Translations under genes and position numbers: made by a program
Origin: an uncultured delta proteobacterium
GTDB taxonomy: Bacteria > Desulfobacterota > Binatia > UBA9968
Direction: 5' to 3'
Length of the DNA stretch: 64,000 bases
Assembly: GCA_963745835.1 (NCBI GenBank)
Contig: CAVUZH010000014.1
Coordinates: forward strand, 288,001 to 352,000
The notes under the pieces: model-generated
What the model was told of the DNA's origin: nothing
Databases searched by the model: none
The model's input: only the letters and a program-made list of their open reading frames with translations
Shown here: piece by piece, positions 29,685 through 40,010 of the stretch
Numbering within the stretch: position 1 is the stretch's first letter
Layout: each line of letters starts with the position of its first letter

Positions 29685-31196
29685 ATGTACAACGAACACT
29701 TTGGCTTCCTAGCGCCACCGTTTAGCGCCACGCCGGATTCACGAATATTTTACGATAACGAATTGTATCGCGAGGCCTTTGCCAATCTGCGTTACGGCAT
29801 TGAATGGAGAAAAGGTTTAATCCTGCTGACCGGCGACGTCGGCACAGGAAAGACCACCCTGCTCGATAAGATCATTCGCGATTTGGGCTCGACCATTCAG
29901 GTTATCTTCATCTCTTACGATCAACTCAATTCAACCGAGCTGATCCAGCTAGTTTCCCGTGAGCTAGGCCTGGTGGGCGATCCTCAGGACCGGGTTTCGA
30001 GCATTGAGCAGCTTCGCCACTACTTGATCGCACAGTTTCGCAAGTGCCGCATCGTTGCGCTACTCATCGATGAAGCGCAGAACTTGAGCGATGAGACATT
30101 CGAATCGATTCGTTTTCTTTCAAACTTTCAATATGGCGGCGAAAAATTACTACAGATCGTATTGACCGGCCAACCTGAGCTTCAAATCCGACTGAAACAC
30201 CCCAAGCTACACCACCTCAAGCAACGCATCGTCATTCACAGCCGTCTTACTCCTCTCACCAATGACGAGGTCAGTCGTTATATTAGCTTCAGAGTTCGTG
30301 GCGCAGGATTTCGCGGTAAAGATTTATTCGATGCGGAGGTACTTGCAGATGTCAGCTTGTTTTCCGGCGGTATTCCTCGATTGATTAACATTATCTCCGA
30401 TAACGCACTACTTCTTGCCTATGCCGACGGCAAGAAAACAGTCACCACCGAAATAGTTCAAGAGGTTGCCCGCGACCTTGGATTAGCGAATCGTCCCGAG
30501 CCAAACCGTGGCGCTGCTTTCACGGCACCGGACATACGCCACTTCACCCTTCAAACCACCCCGGCTACATCGTCCAGTCATACCGCTGTTATCCAACCGC
30601 CACGGCGCAGAAGTTTAGCATGGGTACCCATGGGCTTAGTCCTGGCTTTGCTTGCCCTTGGTGGTGCCGGCGGAGCCTTGTATTCTCAGCAGATTAAAGG
30701 GTATCTCGGGCAAGTGCCGCCCCCCGACAATCGTGCGGCGGCAACGCTTGCTGAATATCAAAATCGTCCAGTGAGGTCTCGAACCAGCGAGCCAGAGCTT
30801 GCTTTGGCCCTGCGCGAAGGTGTAACCGTGGTGCGCGCGAAGCCGGAGGATCTTCCGAAAGATCATGCTGCACCGTCCTCGGCCCCCAACTCCGAGCAAC
30901 CCCCACCACAAGAAAGCTCGCCCAAGAAGAGAGATTCGCGTTTGGGAACCTTTGAAGTTGTTGGACAATCATCGTTTGTCCGCGGTAGCCCTCGGGCAGA
31001 CGCCAAGATTATAGCTACGCTCGAACCGTCGACACGGATAAAGGTAGTCAGCGCCAAAGGAGACTATCTTCAGGTACAGACGGTTTTCGAAGGCAAGACA
31101 ATTCGCGGTTATGTTCATCGCGAAGATGCTTTTTTTGAACGGCCAACCAAAGATAAGCGGCCACCGAATGGGAATGTCGTTTCCGGTGTGAATTAA
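29685..31196 (+). CDS. ExeA-family AAA ATPase with TM and C-terminal bacterial SH3 domain
   Basis: GDVGTGKTT, LLIDEAQ; SH3b VRGSPRADAKIIATLEPSTRIKV...YLQV...GYVH. Confidence 0.88.
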   Translation: MYNEHFGFLAPPFSATPDSRIFYDNELYREAFANLRYGIEWRKGLILLTGDVGTGKTTLLDKIIRDLGSTIQVIFISYDQLNSTELIQLVSRELGLVGDPQDRVSSIEQLRHYLIAQFRKCRIVALLIDEAQNLSDETFESIRFLSNFQYGGEKLLQIVLTGQPELQIRLKHPKLHHLKQRIVIHSRLTPLTNDEVSRYISFRVRGAGFRGKDLFDAEVLADVSLFSGGIPRLINIISDNALLLAYADGKKTVTTEIVQEVARDLGLANRPEPNRGAAFTAPDIRHFTLQTTPATSSSHTAVIQPPRRRSLAWVPMGLVLALLALGGAGGALYSQQIKGYLGQVPPPDNRAAATLAEYQNRPVRSRTSEPELALALREGVTVVRAKPEDLPKDHAAPSSAPNSEQPPPQESSPKKRDSRLGTFEVVGQSSFVRGSPRADAKIIATLEPSTRIKVVSAKGDYLQVQTVFEGKTIRGYVHREDAFFERPTKDKRPPNGNVVSGVN

Positions 31197-31330
31197 GACC
31201 ATCCTAACGCGCCTGTTCACCGATCACAGGATTAACAAATACCCACTGTTAACGCACCACCAGTTCGATCGAACCTTTACGAATACGGATCTGCCCAACT
31301 TGACGTTTTTGTCCTTCGTACCTGTTGAGC

Positions 31331-32773
31331 TCACTTGTCCGCGACTGGACTCATAAACGTCTTAAAGAGCCGGACCGCCAGGTCTGGGCTATCCTCACCA
31401 AGCAACCCAACCGCATAGAGAATATAGGAGGTATCCAAATAGACCTGCGGGCGCTCCGGACGGAGGACTGTCGCATCCAGCTGCCCTTTCCCGGAACCGC
31501 GCAGGATCATTGAACCATAAGGGTTGTGTACGAATACGCCGCCAGTTGCGATGAGCCGTGGCGTATTGCGCAAGTCTTTGCCGTAGTGTACCCAGGCCTC
31601 ACCCGCGGAAGTCACAATCCTTTCTCGTTTGCCCACATGACGCTCCACAGCAATATCTACGGCGAGGCGCGCCAATACAGCGTCGGCAACCGTGTGCCAC
31701 TTTTCCTCGGGAATACGAGCGGTTTTTTCGCTAATCTCGTTGATGTAGCGGCCGATCTGATCGCGCGAGACTTGTAACTGAGGAAACATTGAACGCCATT
31801 CCGCACCGAAGCGATCCGGACCGACCTGCTCCAGAAGAGTGGCGGCGTTAAAACGAATGCCCAGATCTCCTTCCACGGTTCTCTTGGCGTACGGCTCCGG
31901 GAGTCCTTGGGTTATCACATTTTCGCCGGCGGGATAGCCGTAGCCGATCGAGTGCACATCCGTGGTCGCGCCACCTACGTCAACCACGACCATCTCGCCA
32001 CAGCCTTCTTCTTGATCGGTTCCAACGGCGCCGAGCCTCACTCCGTTGAGCACCGCCATAGGCGTCGGCAGCACAACTGAAATAAGTTCAGTGATCGCCG
32101 ACATGCCCGGTGCATGCGTGATTCGCTCGATGAACAGTTTGCGTATCTCATCGCGCGTGGAATCTACTGCGATTACCCCGGAGCTCGGCATCACATTGCC
32201 GGTCAGACGAACTTCTTTGCCGGCGGCTTGTAAAATCTCGCGCACTTGCGGCCGGACTGCTTGGTTTCCGGCGACGATGATCGGCACGGATACCGAAGAG
32301 TTCGCAAGCAGGCGGGCGTTGTGCAGAATCGTTGCACTATCTCCGCGGTCGGTGCCGCCGGTAAGAAGCACCATATCCGCCCGTAATCGGACGATTTCGT
32401 CGATCGCTTTGCTGGCTAGCTTAAATGCAAATGCGCCGACAACTTTGGCGCCGGCTCCCAGGGCTGCCTGGCTGGCTGCAAGAAGCGTCAAACCAGGTAC
32501 GAGACCGATCACCGCCATACGCAAGCCGCCCGCGGCGCTGCTCGAAGCAAGAGCTAGGTGCCCGCTCAAGACTTCTAGACTCTCGGGTGGATGGGCAAAT
32601 AGTGAGTAGCGTTCGTGGAGTACGGAGAGTGCCTGGAGCAATCCCTCACGCACATCGGTGTGGATGGTGGTGGGAGCCTGGCTCCTACCGACCACCAGAG
32701 ATTTATCGAGGTCAACGGCAACGACTTTGGTGAAGGTGCTGCCGAAGTCGATAAGGAAAGCAAGGGATAACAT
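31331..32773 (-). CDS. glmL: Glutamate/methylaspartate mutase accessory ATPase GlmL (MutL)
   Basis: IDFGSTFTK, SSSAAGGLRM, AALGAGAKV, PTPMAV, VDVGGATTDVHS, KRTVEGDLG. Confidence 0.9.
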   Translation of the reverse strand: MLSLAFLIDFGSTFTKVVAVDLDKSLVVGRSQAPTTIHTDVREGLLQALSVLHERYSLFAHPPESLEVLSGHLALASSSAAGGLRMAVIGLVPGLTLLAASQAALGAGAKVVGAFAFKLASKAIDEIVRLRADMVLLTGGTDRGDSATILHNARLLANSSVSVPIIVAGNQAVRPQVREILQAAGKEVRLTGNVMPSSGVIAVDSTRDEIRKLFIERITHAPGMSAITELISVVLPTPMAVLNGVRLGAVGTDQEEGCGEMVVVDVGGATTDVHSIGYGYPAGENVITQGLPEPYAKRTVEGDLGIRFNAATLLEQVGPDRFGAEWRSMFPQLQVSRDQIGRYINEISEKTARIPEEKWHTVADAVLARLAVDIAVERHVGKRERIVTSAGEAWVHYGKDLRNTPRLIATGGVFVHNPYGSMILRGSGKGQLDATVLRPERPQVYLDTSYILYAVGLLGEDSPDLAVRLFKTFMSPVADK

Positions 32774-32876
32774 CTAAAAACAAGCAAGCAAGGTTAAGAT
32801 ACGAGCAGCGAACATCAGGGCTCAGAGTTCGGCAGAAAATGAAAGGTGAGATCGGACCGGGAAGGCTGCCGACTGT

Positions 32877-33953
32877 TTACTTCGCCGTTGCGATCGTCCG
32901 ATATAGATCCATCAGCCGTTTATCGCCCAGTGTGCCTTCGATATCGCGGTTCATGTCCTCGCCGCGTATCAAATCTACTTCCAAACCCAACTTTTCAGAT
33001 TCCTTTAGAAAAAGTTCGTCTTGGGTCATCGAGGCAAAAGCGTCGCGCAGGATTTTCACCCGATCAGCGGGCACTCCCGGCGGCAAGACCACGGAGCGCG
33101 CGAGATTCTGCCCGGCATACAATGCCTGCAACAAGCCTTTGCTACCCGCCGGCGCTAGCTCCTCCATCGTCGCTATATCCGGAATGCGCGGATCGCGGCG
33201 CTTCTTCGAAGTCGCCAAAATTTTGATGTAGCCATTTTTGATCCAATCGCGTCGGGTCGCCATCAAAGAACCGATTCCCTGGGCGCGGCCGTCGAGAGCG
33301 CCGCGCTCGATATCGAGCAGTATCTGCGGCGTGCCCGGATATCCCGGGATGACTTGGAAGTCGAGATCAAAAATTTGTTCGGCGATCTTGACCACGACGT
33401 TGCTGGTGTGATCGAGCGCTTGGGCGCCCATTTTGGGCTGTTTTCCTGCGCGATTGACCTTCCGAATCGCATCAAAACTCGTATACGGCGTCGAAGTTTT
33501 TAGATAGAGCACCTGCGCGTCATCGAATGCCTGGCCGACCCAGATAAACTTTTGCAAGTCGAATTTGATCGCTTCATTGCCAGTGGCCGTAGCGAACAGG
33601 CTGCCGGTATTGAGTGTGCTGATGCTTAGGCCATCGGGCTTTTTCAAGTTATAGAGCTCATTGGCGGCGATCATGCCGCCCGCGCCCGGCTTGTTGGCGA
33701 CGTCGATGCGCGGTTTGCCTGGGATGTAACGTTCGATATGCCGAGCGATCACACGCGCGGTCAGATCGGTACCGCCGCCGGCCGAAGAGCCGACCAGAAA
33801 TGTGATGGTCTTGCCCTCGTAGAAGTTCTTGGACGTCTGCGCGTGCAAAGGCAAAGCCACTGCAAGCGCGACCACCGTTACATATAGCCCGATCGTTGTT
33901 CGATACGAGCGCGCCTTCTCGATTAGAGGTTCTCCTGATGTAATGTGTTTCAC
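32877..33953 (-). CDS. Bug/TctC-family solute-binding protein
   Basis: YEGKTITFLVGSSAGGGTDLTAR, NKPGAGG, PPGVPADRV. Confidence 0.9.
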   Translation of the reverse strand: MKHITSGEPLIEKARSYRTTIGLYVTVVALAVALPLHAQTSKNFYEGKTITFLVGSSAGGGTDLTARVIARHIERYIPGKPRIDVANKPGAGGMIAANELYNLKKPDGLSISTLNTGSLFATATGNEAIKFDLQKFIWVGQAFDDAQVLYLKTSTPYTSFDAIRKVNRAGKQPKMGAQALDHTSNVVVKIAEQIFDLDFQVIPGYPGTPQILLDIERGALDGRAQGIGSLMATRRDWIKNGYIKILATSKKRRDPRIPDIATMEELAPAGSKGLLQALYAGQNLARSVVLPPGVPADRVKILRDAFASMTQDELFLKESEKLGLEVDLIRGEDMNRDIEGTLGDKRLMDLYRTIATAK

Positions 33954-34079
33954 TCGTTACCGATCCTTATCAGATTGTGCCGGCCAGAAGATCCAAAACT
34001 CTGCAAGTTGGCGATTTAACGAGTTGAACGATTGTAACGTTTGGAATTTATTGGAACCGCGCTAAAGCTTCGATCTTGG

Positions 34080-35120
34080 TTAATACCCCCAGCGCTGCTC
34101 GACTTTACTGACTCGTTCGTACTCTTCCGCGAGCTCTTTTCGTCCGCGCAATTCTTCATACGCCTCATCAACCAGATCCTGCGCCGCCACCTCTTGGATC
34201 GGCGGAACCTGGTAATTCAGCTCGCCGAGCCGTTCTTCTTCTTTGAGCATATCCTCGAAGCCTGTCGCCCGTCCGTTCAGGGGAAACGGCATTGCTTCCA
34301 GATCCCGCGGAGTTCGGAGATGCGTCACGATCCGTTCTTCCGGATCCGCACTCTTGAGCCGCAGCCGCTTTTCCAAATTATTTACGTATTCATAATTCTT
34401 CGGCATGTCTCGAATAAACCAGTAGCTGCGGATAATTCCCCGCAGAAAACTCTTGACCAAGTCTGGCCGCTCTTCGAGAACTCGGCCGGTGACGGCGATG
34501 ATGCGTTCGGGACGCCCATTGGGATACTGATCCGCCGGCGAAACCAGCGCATTGCAGCCCTCTTTTTTGAGATCTTCGGCGCTCCAAGGCGGCACCGGCG
34601 CGCATTCGACTTTGCCATTGCGGATAGCATCAACGTGGAATCGCGAATTGACGCCGAGCCTCACCCACTCGATATCGCGCTCCAGATCCAATCCGGCCTT
34701 CTTCAACTGAATCTGGATTGCCCAATGGCGAATGCTATTAAAGTCGCTGATCCCGACCCGCTTGCCTTTCAACTCTTGTAGCGTCCTGATATGCGGCGGC
34801 GCGATCCACACGTTGGTATGCTGGTTGCGCCAGCCGCACAAGATGTACAGATCGGCGCCGCGCGCCCGTTGATAGAAAACTGTGCGCGACTGAACGTCCA
34901 GCGCGATGTCAATGGATTTTTCCTTCATCGCTTGCGAGATGCCGAGCTTTTCAAGCCCGAACGGCACCATCGATTCGGTTAAGATCTCGTACCCCAGGGT
35001 TCCATGCGGTGTAATCAGGCCTTCGTCGTAAAAGAAATTCATCTCATGCGCCGTCATCACCGGCACTTGATGCAGCATATGATAACAAGTGGGCCCGATT
35101 CTCAATTTTCCATCGAGCAT
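34080..35120 (-). CDS. SsuA/NMT1-fold protein lacking a signal peptide
   Basis: Starts directly at beta1 (KLRIGPTCYH); LKGKRVGIS, AGLDLERDIEWV. Confidence 0.75.
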   Translation of the reverse strand: MLDGKLRIGPTCYHMLHQVPVMTAHEMNFFYDEGLITPHGTLGYEILTESMVPFGLEKLGISQAMKEKSIDIALDVQSRTVFYQRARGADLYILCGWRNQHTNVWIAPPHIRTLQELKGKRVGISDFNSIRHWAIQIQLKKAGLDLERDIEWVRLGVNSRFHVDAIRNGKVECAPVPPWSAEDLKKEGCNALVSPADQYPNGRPERIIAVTGRVLEERPDLVKSFLRGIIRSYWFIRDMPKNYEYVNNLEKRLRLKSADPEERIVTHLRTPRDLEAMPFPLNGRATGFEDMLKEEERLGELNYQVPPIQEVAAQDLVDEAYEELRGRKELAEEYERVSKVEQRWGY

Positions 35121-35201
35121 GACGGTTCTCGCTTTCTGTACGGACGCGAATAAATGGCGAGCGATGTAGGCGACTGGAGGATTGAACGGCTTGACTATAA
35201 C

Positions 35202-36206
35202 TTATCTCTTATCCAGCGCCCGAACAAAGCCGCTCTCCTCGATGCGCTTCATAAACGCCGGCTCGATAACCAGACTCGCATCGGTTTGTTTCGCCTGCGG
35301 ATATTGCAGCGATAACATTTCCAATCCTGCCTTGACAACTTGCAGAGACGGATAAGGCGCATCATCGATGGTGCCACGAGTGTGTTGATAAGACTCTTCT
35401 AAAATTCCTTCATCGGCACCTTTCATATAGAGCCTCAACGCCGCCAGTGACTTTGCTTTATCGGTCTTGAAGATATGAATTCCCTCGACGATGCACTTGA
35501 TAACTCGCTCTACGAGATCCGGGCTCTTGGCCGCCGTTTGCCGCAACACCACCACGCTAGTATAGGGATACTCGACACCGAGTTTGTCGAAACTTACCAA
35601 TTCTTTAAAGCCCGCTTTGCGTGCGATGAACAAGTGCGGAATGGACATCGCAGCGCCATCGACGATGCCGCGTTCGAGCGCTTGCAGACCGAGATACGGT
35701 TCGCCAGTCGGCAATAACTTCACGTCGCGATCCGGGATAAGCCCAAACTTGCTGCGCAGCACATATCTTACCGTTGCGTCCAAAAAAGCCGCAGGGCGGC
35801 CGGTCGCGATCGTCTTACCCTTCAATTCTTCGACACTCTTAATCTCTGGCTTCGCAAAGAGCGATGTGCCGATTTTACTGGTAATTGTTGCGACCAACAC
35901 TTGGTCCTTGACCCCGACAATATGCGAGGTCATGGTGCCGGTCCCGGAAGCAATGACTACCGGCACATCACCGGTGGCGAGCAACTGCTGCGGTCGTACT
36001 CGGCCGGCATAAATCGCCTTCAAGTCCAACCCATACTTAAGTCCGACACGTTCCTCGACGGCGATCCAGAGTGGAGCGTAGGTCGCAGTGATGTTGGAAT
36101 AACCCACTGTTAGCGGTTCAAGCCGTGTGGCGCCAAACACTTGGCCGCTTGAAAGCAGCCCAGTGACTATCAAAGATCGGACAACAAAATTGATTGCTTG
36201 TAACAT
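35202..36206 (-). CDS. SsuA/NMT1-type solute-binding protein
   Basis: Signal peptide, APLWIA...KYGLDL, ELKGKTIA, GLIPDRDV. Confidence 0.88.
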   Translation of the reverse strand: MLQAINFVVRSLIVTGLLSSGQVFGATRLEPLTVGYSNITATYAPLWIAVEERVGLKYGLDLKAIYAGRVRPQQLLATGDVPVVIASGTGTMTSHIVGVKDQVLVATITSKIGTSLFAKPEIKSVEELKGKTIATGRPAAFLDATVRYVLRSKFGLIPDRDVKLLPTGEPYLGLQALERGIVDGAAMSIPHLFIARKAGFKELVSFDKLGVEYPYTSVVVLRQTAAKSPDLVERVIKCIVEGIHIFKTDKAKSLAALRLYMKGADEGILEESYQHTRGTIDDAPYPSLQVVKAGLEMLSLQYPQAKQTDASLVIEPAFMKRIEESGFVRALDKR

Positions 36207-36284
36207 AGGGTGATTCCGGATGAAAAAGGATTAGCCTTGCCGGTTATCACCGTGGCGGTTTTATGTCAATGGAGTTACCCGCGA

Positions 36285-36308
36285 AACATTGAACGAACAG
36301 TCAATGTT
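36285..36308. promoter_or_regulatory. Putative operator palindrome in divergent intergenic region
   Basis: AACATTGA-N8-TCAATGTT perfect 8-bp inverted repeat. Confidence 0.45.
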
Positions 36309-36436
36309 AGCTAACGCCGCTTACCACTAAAACGGTTATCAGTCAGGGAGGAAAAATCTGAGCGCTGCTTGACAGTGTTCCCTCATCCGCAGTAACTGTA
36401 GCGATTGTCGCACATCGTTATTTTGTAGGAAACTTC

Positions 36437-37648
36437 ATGACTGAATTTAATCAGCAACCGCCGCTCGCGGGTTGTCGAGTTCTCGACATCGGCGGACCCT
36501 TGGCGCTCCACTGCACTAAACTTTTAGCCGATATGGGTGCGGACGTCATCAAGATCGAGCAACCCTCGGGCGATCCGTCACGGCGCGTTCCACCATTCAA
36601 AGATGATTCGCCCCATCCGGAGAAGAGTCTTTATTTTCTGCACTTCAATACCAATAAACGAGGCATCACACTCGACATCGAGAAAGCCGATGGTCGCGCG
36701 ATCTTGCTGGAGTTAGCTGCCAAAGCCGATGTCGTCATTGAAACGTTTCGTCCTTCGCATGCCAAAGAGCTGCGCCTTACATACCAGGATCTCACGGCAA
36801 GCAATCCCGGATTGATCGTCGCCTCGATCACTCCCTTCGGCCAGTCCGGCCCTTGGCGCGACTACAAGGCGGACGACATAGCCGGATTAGCTCTGGGTAA
36901 TTTGTTGTATCTGGCAGGCGAACCCGGCGAGCCGCCGCTGCAACCGCCGGGCGAAATCGCTTATGGCATGGCATCCACCTATGGCGCATTCGGCATTGCC
37001 ACCGCGCTCTATCATCGGTTGGAGAGCGGCCGCGGCCAGCACATCGATGTATCGATGCACGAATGTTCCGGCCACATCGCCGGCTATTTCATCCCCAATT
37101 ACGGTTACACGGGCGCGAAACCGGCGCGCGCTTCACGCAAAGGCGAAGAAACCGACCTCTACGATCCCTACGCTACAAAGAACGGCTACGCGCGCATTTT
37201 CATTATCCCGGTCGAACAATGGCGCCGGCTGGTAGATTGGATGGGGCGCCCACCTGCGATCTCCGGACCGGAATTCGAGAAGATGTCTTATCGCAGGCAA
37301 CACCCGGAAGTGGTGGTGGGCGCGATCGCGAAATTTTGTGCGCGGCATACCAAAGAGGAACTCTACGAGGAAGGCCAGAAGCGCCGGATCGCGGTTACTC
37401 CGATCAATACAGCCGGGGAGTTCATCAATAGCGAACAAGTCAAGGAACGGCAGACCTTCCTTAAGTTGGAGCATCCCATTATCGGCAAGTACGCGCACTT
37501 CGGCCCAGTGCCGAGACTGAGCGAATCGGCCGGCAGAGTAGACCGCACCGCGCCGCTGCTCGGCCAGCACAACCAAGAAATCTACTGCGGCGAACTGGGC
37601 ATGAGTAACGACGATCTCGTGGCGCTGCGCGCCAGCGGCGTCATTTGA
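36437..37648 (+). CDS. Class III CoA-transferase, BbsE-like (probably non-catalytic) subunit
   Basis: LADMGADVIKIE, NTNKRGITLD, GRGQHIDVS; catalytic Asp position reads EIAYG. Confidence 0.88.
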   Translation: MTEFNQQPPLAGCRVLDIGGPLALHCTKLLADMGADVIKIEQPSGDPSRRVPPFKDDSPHPEKSLYFLHFNTNKRGITLDIEKADGRAILLELAAKADVVIETFRPSHAKELRLTYQDLTASNPGLIVASITPFGQSGPWRDYKADDIAGLALGNLLYLAGEPGEPPLQPPGEIAYGMASTYGAFGIATALYHRLESGRGQHIDVSMHECSGHIAGYFIPNYGYTGAKPARASRKGEETDLYDPYATKNGYARIFIIPVEQWRRLVDWMGRPPAISGPEFEKMSYRRQHPEVVVGAIAKFCARHTKEELYEEGQKRRIAVTPINTAGEFINSEQVKERQTFLKLEHPIIGKYAHFGPVPRLSESAGRVDRTAPLLGQHNQEIYCGELGMSNDDLVALRASGVI

Positions 37649-37853
37649 TACGCAAGGTTTTCACCGGCAAGCACACGGCCACGAGGTGTTAGCAGGTTAG
37701 TTTGACAACTCTGAACTCCGTGCCATCGTGATCTGCGTGTCAACTCTTTTGGTCGCGGCTTTGATGCACGAGCCTCTTCATGGTGAAAGGTTTTTTGGCG
37801 CTGGCGTCGATGCGCAGATAAATTTTTGCTGGAGATGTTAAAAGAAGGATTCT

Positions 37854-39062
37854 ATGGCCAAGTTACCTCTTGAAGGCATTCGGGTTATCGAGCTAACCAC
37901 GGGCGCGGCGGGTCCGACGGTCGCGCGGGTATTGTGCGAATTCGGCGCGGAAGTAATTCGCTGTGAAACGCGCTTGCGCGGTGACGGCCACCGTGGTGAG
38001 GACCCGAAGTTGTGGAACAAGAAGCCGGATTTCATGAAGCTTCAGCGCGGCAAAAAGTCTTTCACCGTCAATATGCAGACGCCGAAGGGTCGCGAGGTAG
38101 TTAAAGAATTGGTGAAGAAATCCGACGTGCTGGTGGAAAACTTCGGCCTGGGTATCCTGGAGAAGTGGGGCTTGGATTGGCCGCAACTGAAAGAGATCAA
38201 TCCGCGCTGCATTCTGATTCGCGTCAAAGGCATGGGCTGCAGCGGTCCCCACGCGGCTGATCTAACCTATGGGCCCAATGTCGGCAACACTATGGGTACG
38301 ACTTATCTGTGGAACTATCCCGGTGCGACAACAGCCACCGCCGAGCCGCGCACGCAGCATCCCGATTTCATGGGTGGAGTCACCGGTGCATTCGCCGTAG
38401 TCCTCGCACTGATTCACCGCAAGAAAACCGGCCGCGGGCAGTGGATCGATAGCGCCCAGGTAGAGATTGGTGCATCGCTGCTCGGGCCCAAGTACCTGGA
38501 ATACTCGGTTAACCAGCGCGAGCCGCAACCACACGGTAACCGCAGTCTAGTGGCCGCTCCGTATGGTCCCTACCAATGTAGCGGCAATGACCGTTGGTGC
38601 GTGATCTCAGTTTATAGCGATGAGGAGTGGGAGCGCCTCGCGGGTTTGCTGGAAAAATCCGGCCTCCGGCGCGATGCGAAATTTGCCACCCACTTGCAGC
38701 GGGTGCGCCATAAGGCAGAGTTGGACAACTGGATTACCAGTTGGACGAAACAGCATGATCCGTACGAGGTCATGGAGAAATTGCAGAGCATCGGCGTAAG
38801 CGCAGCTGTCGTTCAGGACGTCGAAGATCAATTCAAACGAGATAAACAGTACGCCGCGACCGGATTTCTGGTGAATATGACCGAGCCGGAAGCCGGCGAT
38901 GTCGTCACCGAAGGAGTGCCGATCAGGCTATCGTCGACGCCAGGCAAAGTGCGCGGGCTGGCGCCGTTAATGGGCGAGCACACATACGAAATTGCCCGCG
39001 AACTCCTCGGTCTCAGTGACGAGGAGATCAAGAAGCTGGACGAAGAGAAGGTGTTGTACTAA
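37854..39062 (+). CDS. Class III CoA-transferase, BbsF-like catalytic subunit
   Basis: AGP..ARVLCEFGAEVI, DVLVENF, HPDFMGG (Asp present), APLMGEHT. Confidence 0.9.
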   Translation: MAKLPLEGIRVIELTTGAAGPTVARVLCEFGAEVIRCETRLRGDGHRGEDPKLWNKKPDFMKLQRGKKSFTVNMQTPKGREVVKELVKKSDVLVENFGLGILEKWGLDWPQLKEINPRCILIRVKGMGCSGPHAADLTYGPNVGNTMGTTYLWNYPGATTATAEPRTQHPDFMGGVTGAFAVVLALIHRKKTGRGQWIDSAQVEIGASLLGPKYLEYSVNQREPQPHGNRSLVAAPYGPYQCSGNDRWCVISVYSDEEWERLAGLLEKSGLRRDAKFATHLQRVRHKAELDNWITSWTKQHDPYEVMEKLQSIGVSAAVVQDVEDQFKRDKQYAATGFLVNMTEPEAGDVVTEGVPIRLSSTPGKVRGLAPLMGEHTYEIARELLGLSDEEIKKLDEEKVLY

Positions 39063-39122
39063 TACGCGGATCAAGAGACATAACAGAGTTTATCTAAATC
39101 GAAACTACTCAACGGAGGACTG

Positions 39123-39959
39123 ATGTCAGAACCACAACCGCTTGTTGTTTATGAGAAACGCGCTCCACATATCGCGATTATTCGTCTGAACAGACCGGAA
39201 AAGAAGAATTCTATCAGCCGCGATCTCTACTGGGCGCTCGATGAAGCGTGGCATAAAGCCAAGGACGATGACGACGTCTGGTCGATCATACTCACCGGCA
39301 CGGCCGACGCCTTTTGCGTCGGCGGCGATCTGAAGGAGAATCTCGCGTTTGCCAAGGGTGAAATGACCGGGCCAAGATCAGGCCCGCGTCAGTACAGCAA
39401 TTTGCGCGCGCTGCAGATGCACAAGCCTATCATCGCCGCAATCAATGGCTTCGCCGTTGGCGGCGGCTTCAATCTGGCGCTGGCATGTCACATACGTTAT
39501 TGCGTACCCGCCGCTAAGTTTGGTTGCTCCGAAGTGCGCTGGTCCCACATGGCCGCCTGGCCGAGTTACGTTTGCCAGCTACCGACAGGCTGGGCCTACT
39601 GGTTCGCGCTTACCGGGCAAATGGTTGATGCCGACACGGCGTTTCGGTTAGGGCTGGTGCAGAAAATTTGCGATCCCGACAAGCTCATCGATGACTGCGT
39701 CGAGTTGTGTACGACGATTAACCGCAATGGCCGGCTGATCGCCGCCCACACGACGGAGTATATCGAAGATAGACTGCTCTACGAAATTCAGGGGTACGAA
39801 AAAGGATTCGAAGTGCACCGAGAATACTACGCCCACCTGCGCCAGAGCAAAGACTACGATGAAGGGTCGGCGGCGTTTACCGAGAGACGCAAACCTGAGT
39901 TTAGCCAGGAATACTACGATAGAAGCAGTAAACTGCCGGGAGTGCCGGAAACCAAGTAG
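39123..39959 (+). CDS. Enoyl-CoA hydratase/isomerase (crotonase) family
   Basis: LNRPEKKNSI, AFCVGGDL, KPIIAAINGFAVGGG, AFTERRKPEF. Confidence 0.92.
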   Translation: MSEPQPLVVYEKRAPHIAIIRLNRPEKKNSISRDLYWALDEAWHKAKDDDDVWSIILTGTADAFCVGGDLKENLAFAKGEMTGPRSGPRQYSNLRALQMHKPIIAAINGFAVGGGFNLALACHIRYCVPAAKFGCSEVRWSHMAAWPSYVCQLPTGWAYWFALTGQMVDADTAFRLGLVQKICDPDKLIDDCVELCTTINRNGRLIAAHTTEYIEDRLLYEIQGYEKGFEVHREYYAHLRQSKDYDEGSAAFTERRKPEFSQEYYDRSSKLPGVPETK

Positions 39960-40010
39960 CTGCAACTCAACCATCTTCAGGGCCGGCTTGAGCGATTTGG
40001 CAGAGTTAAG

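Noticed and set aside
37658-37788. MITE/REP-like element between the CoA-transferases (TTTCACC...GGTGAAA)
   Set aside because: Short 7-bp arms, no second copy or target duplication seen in the window
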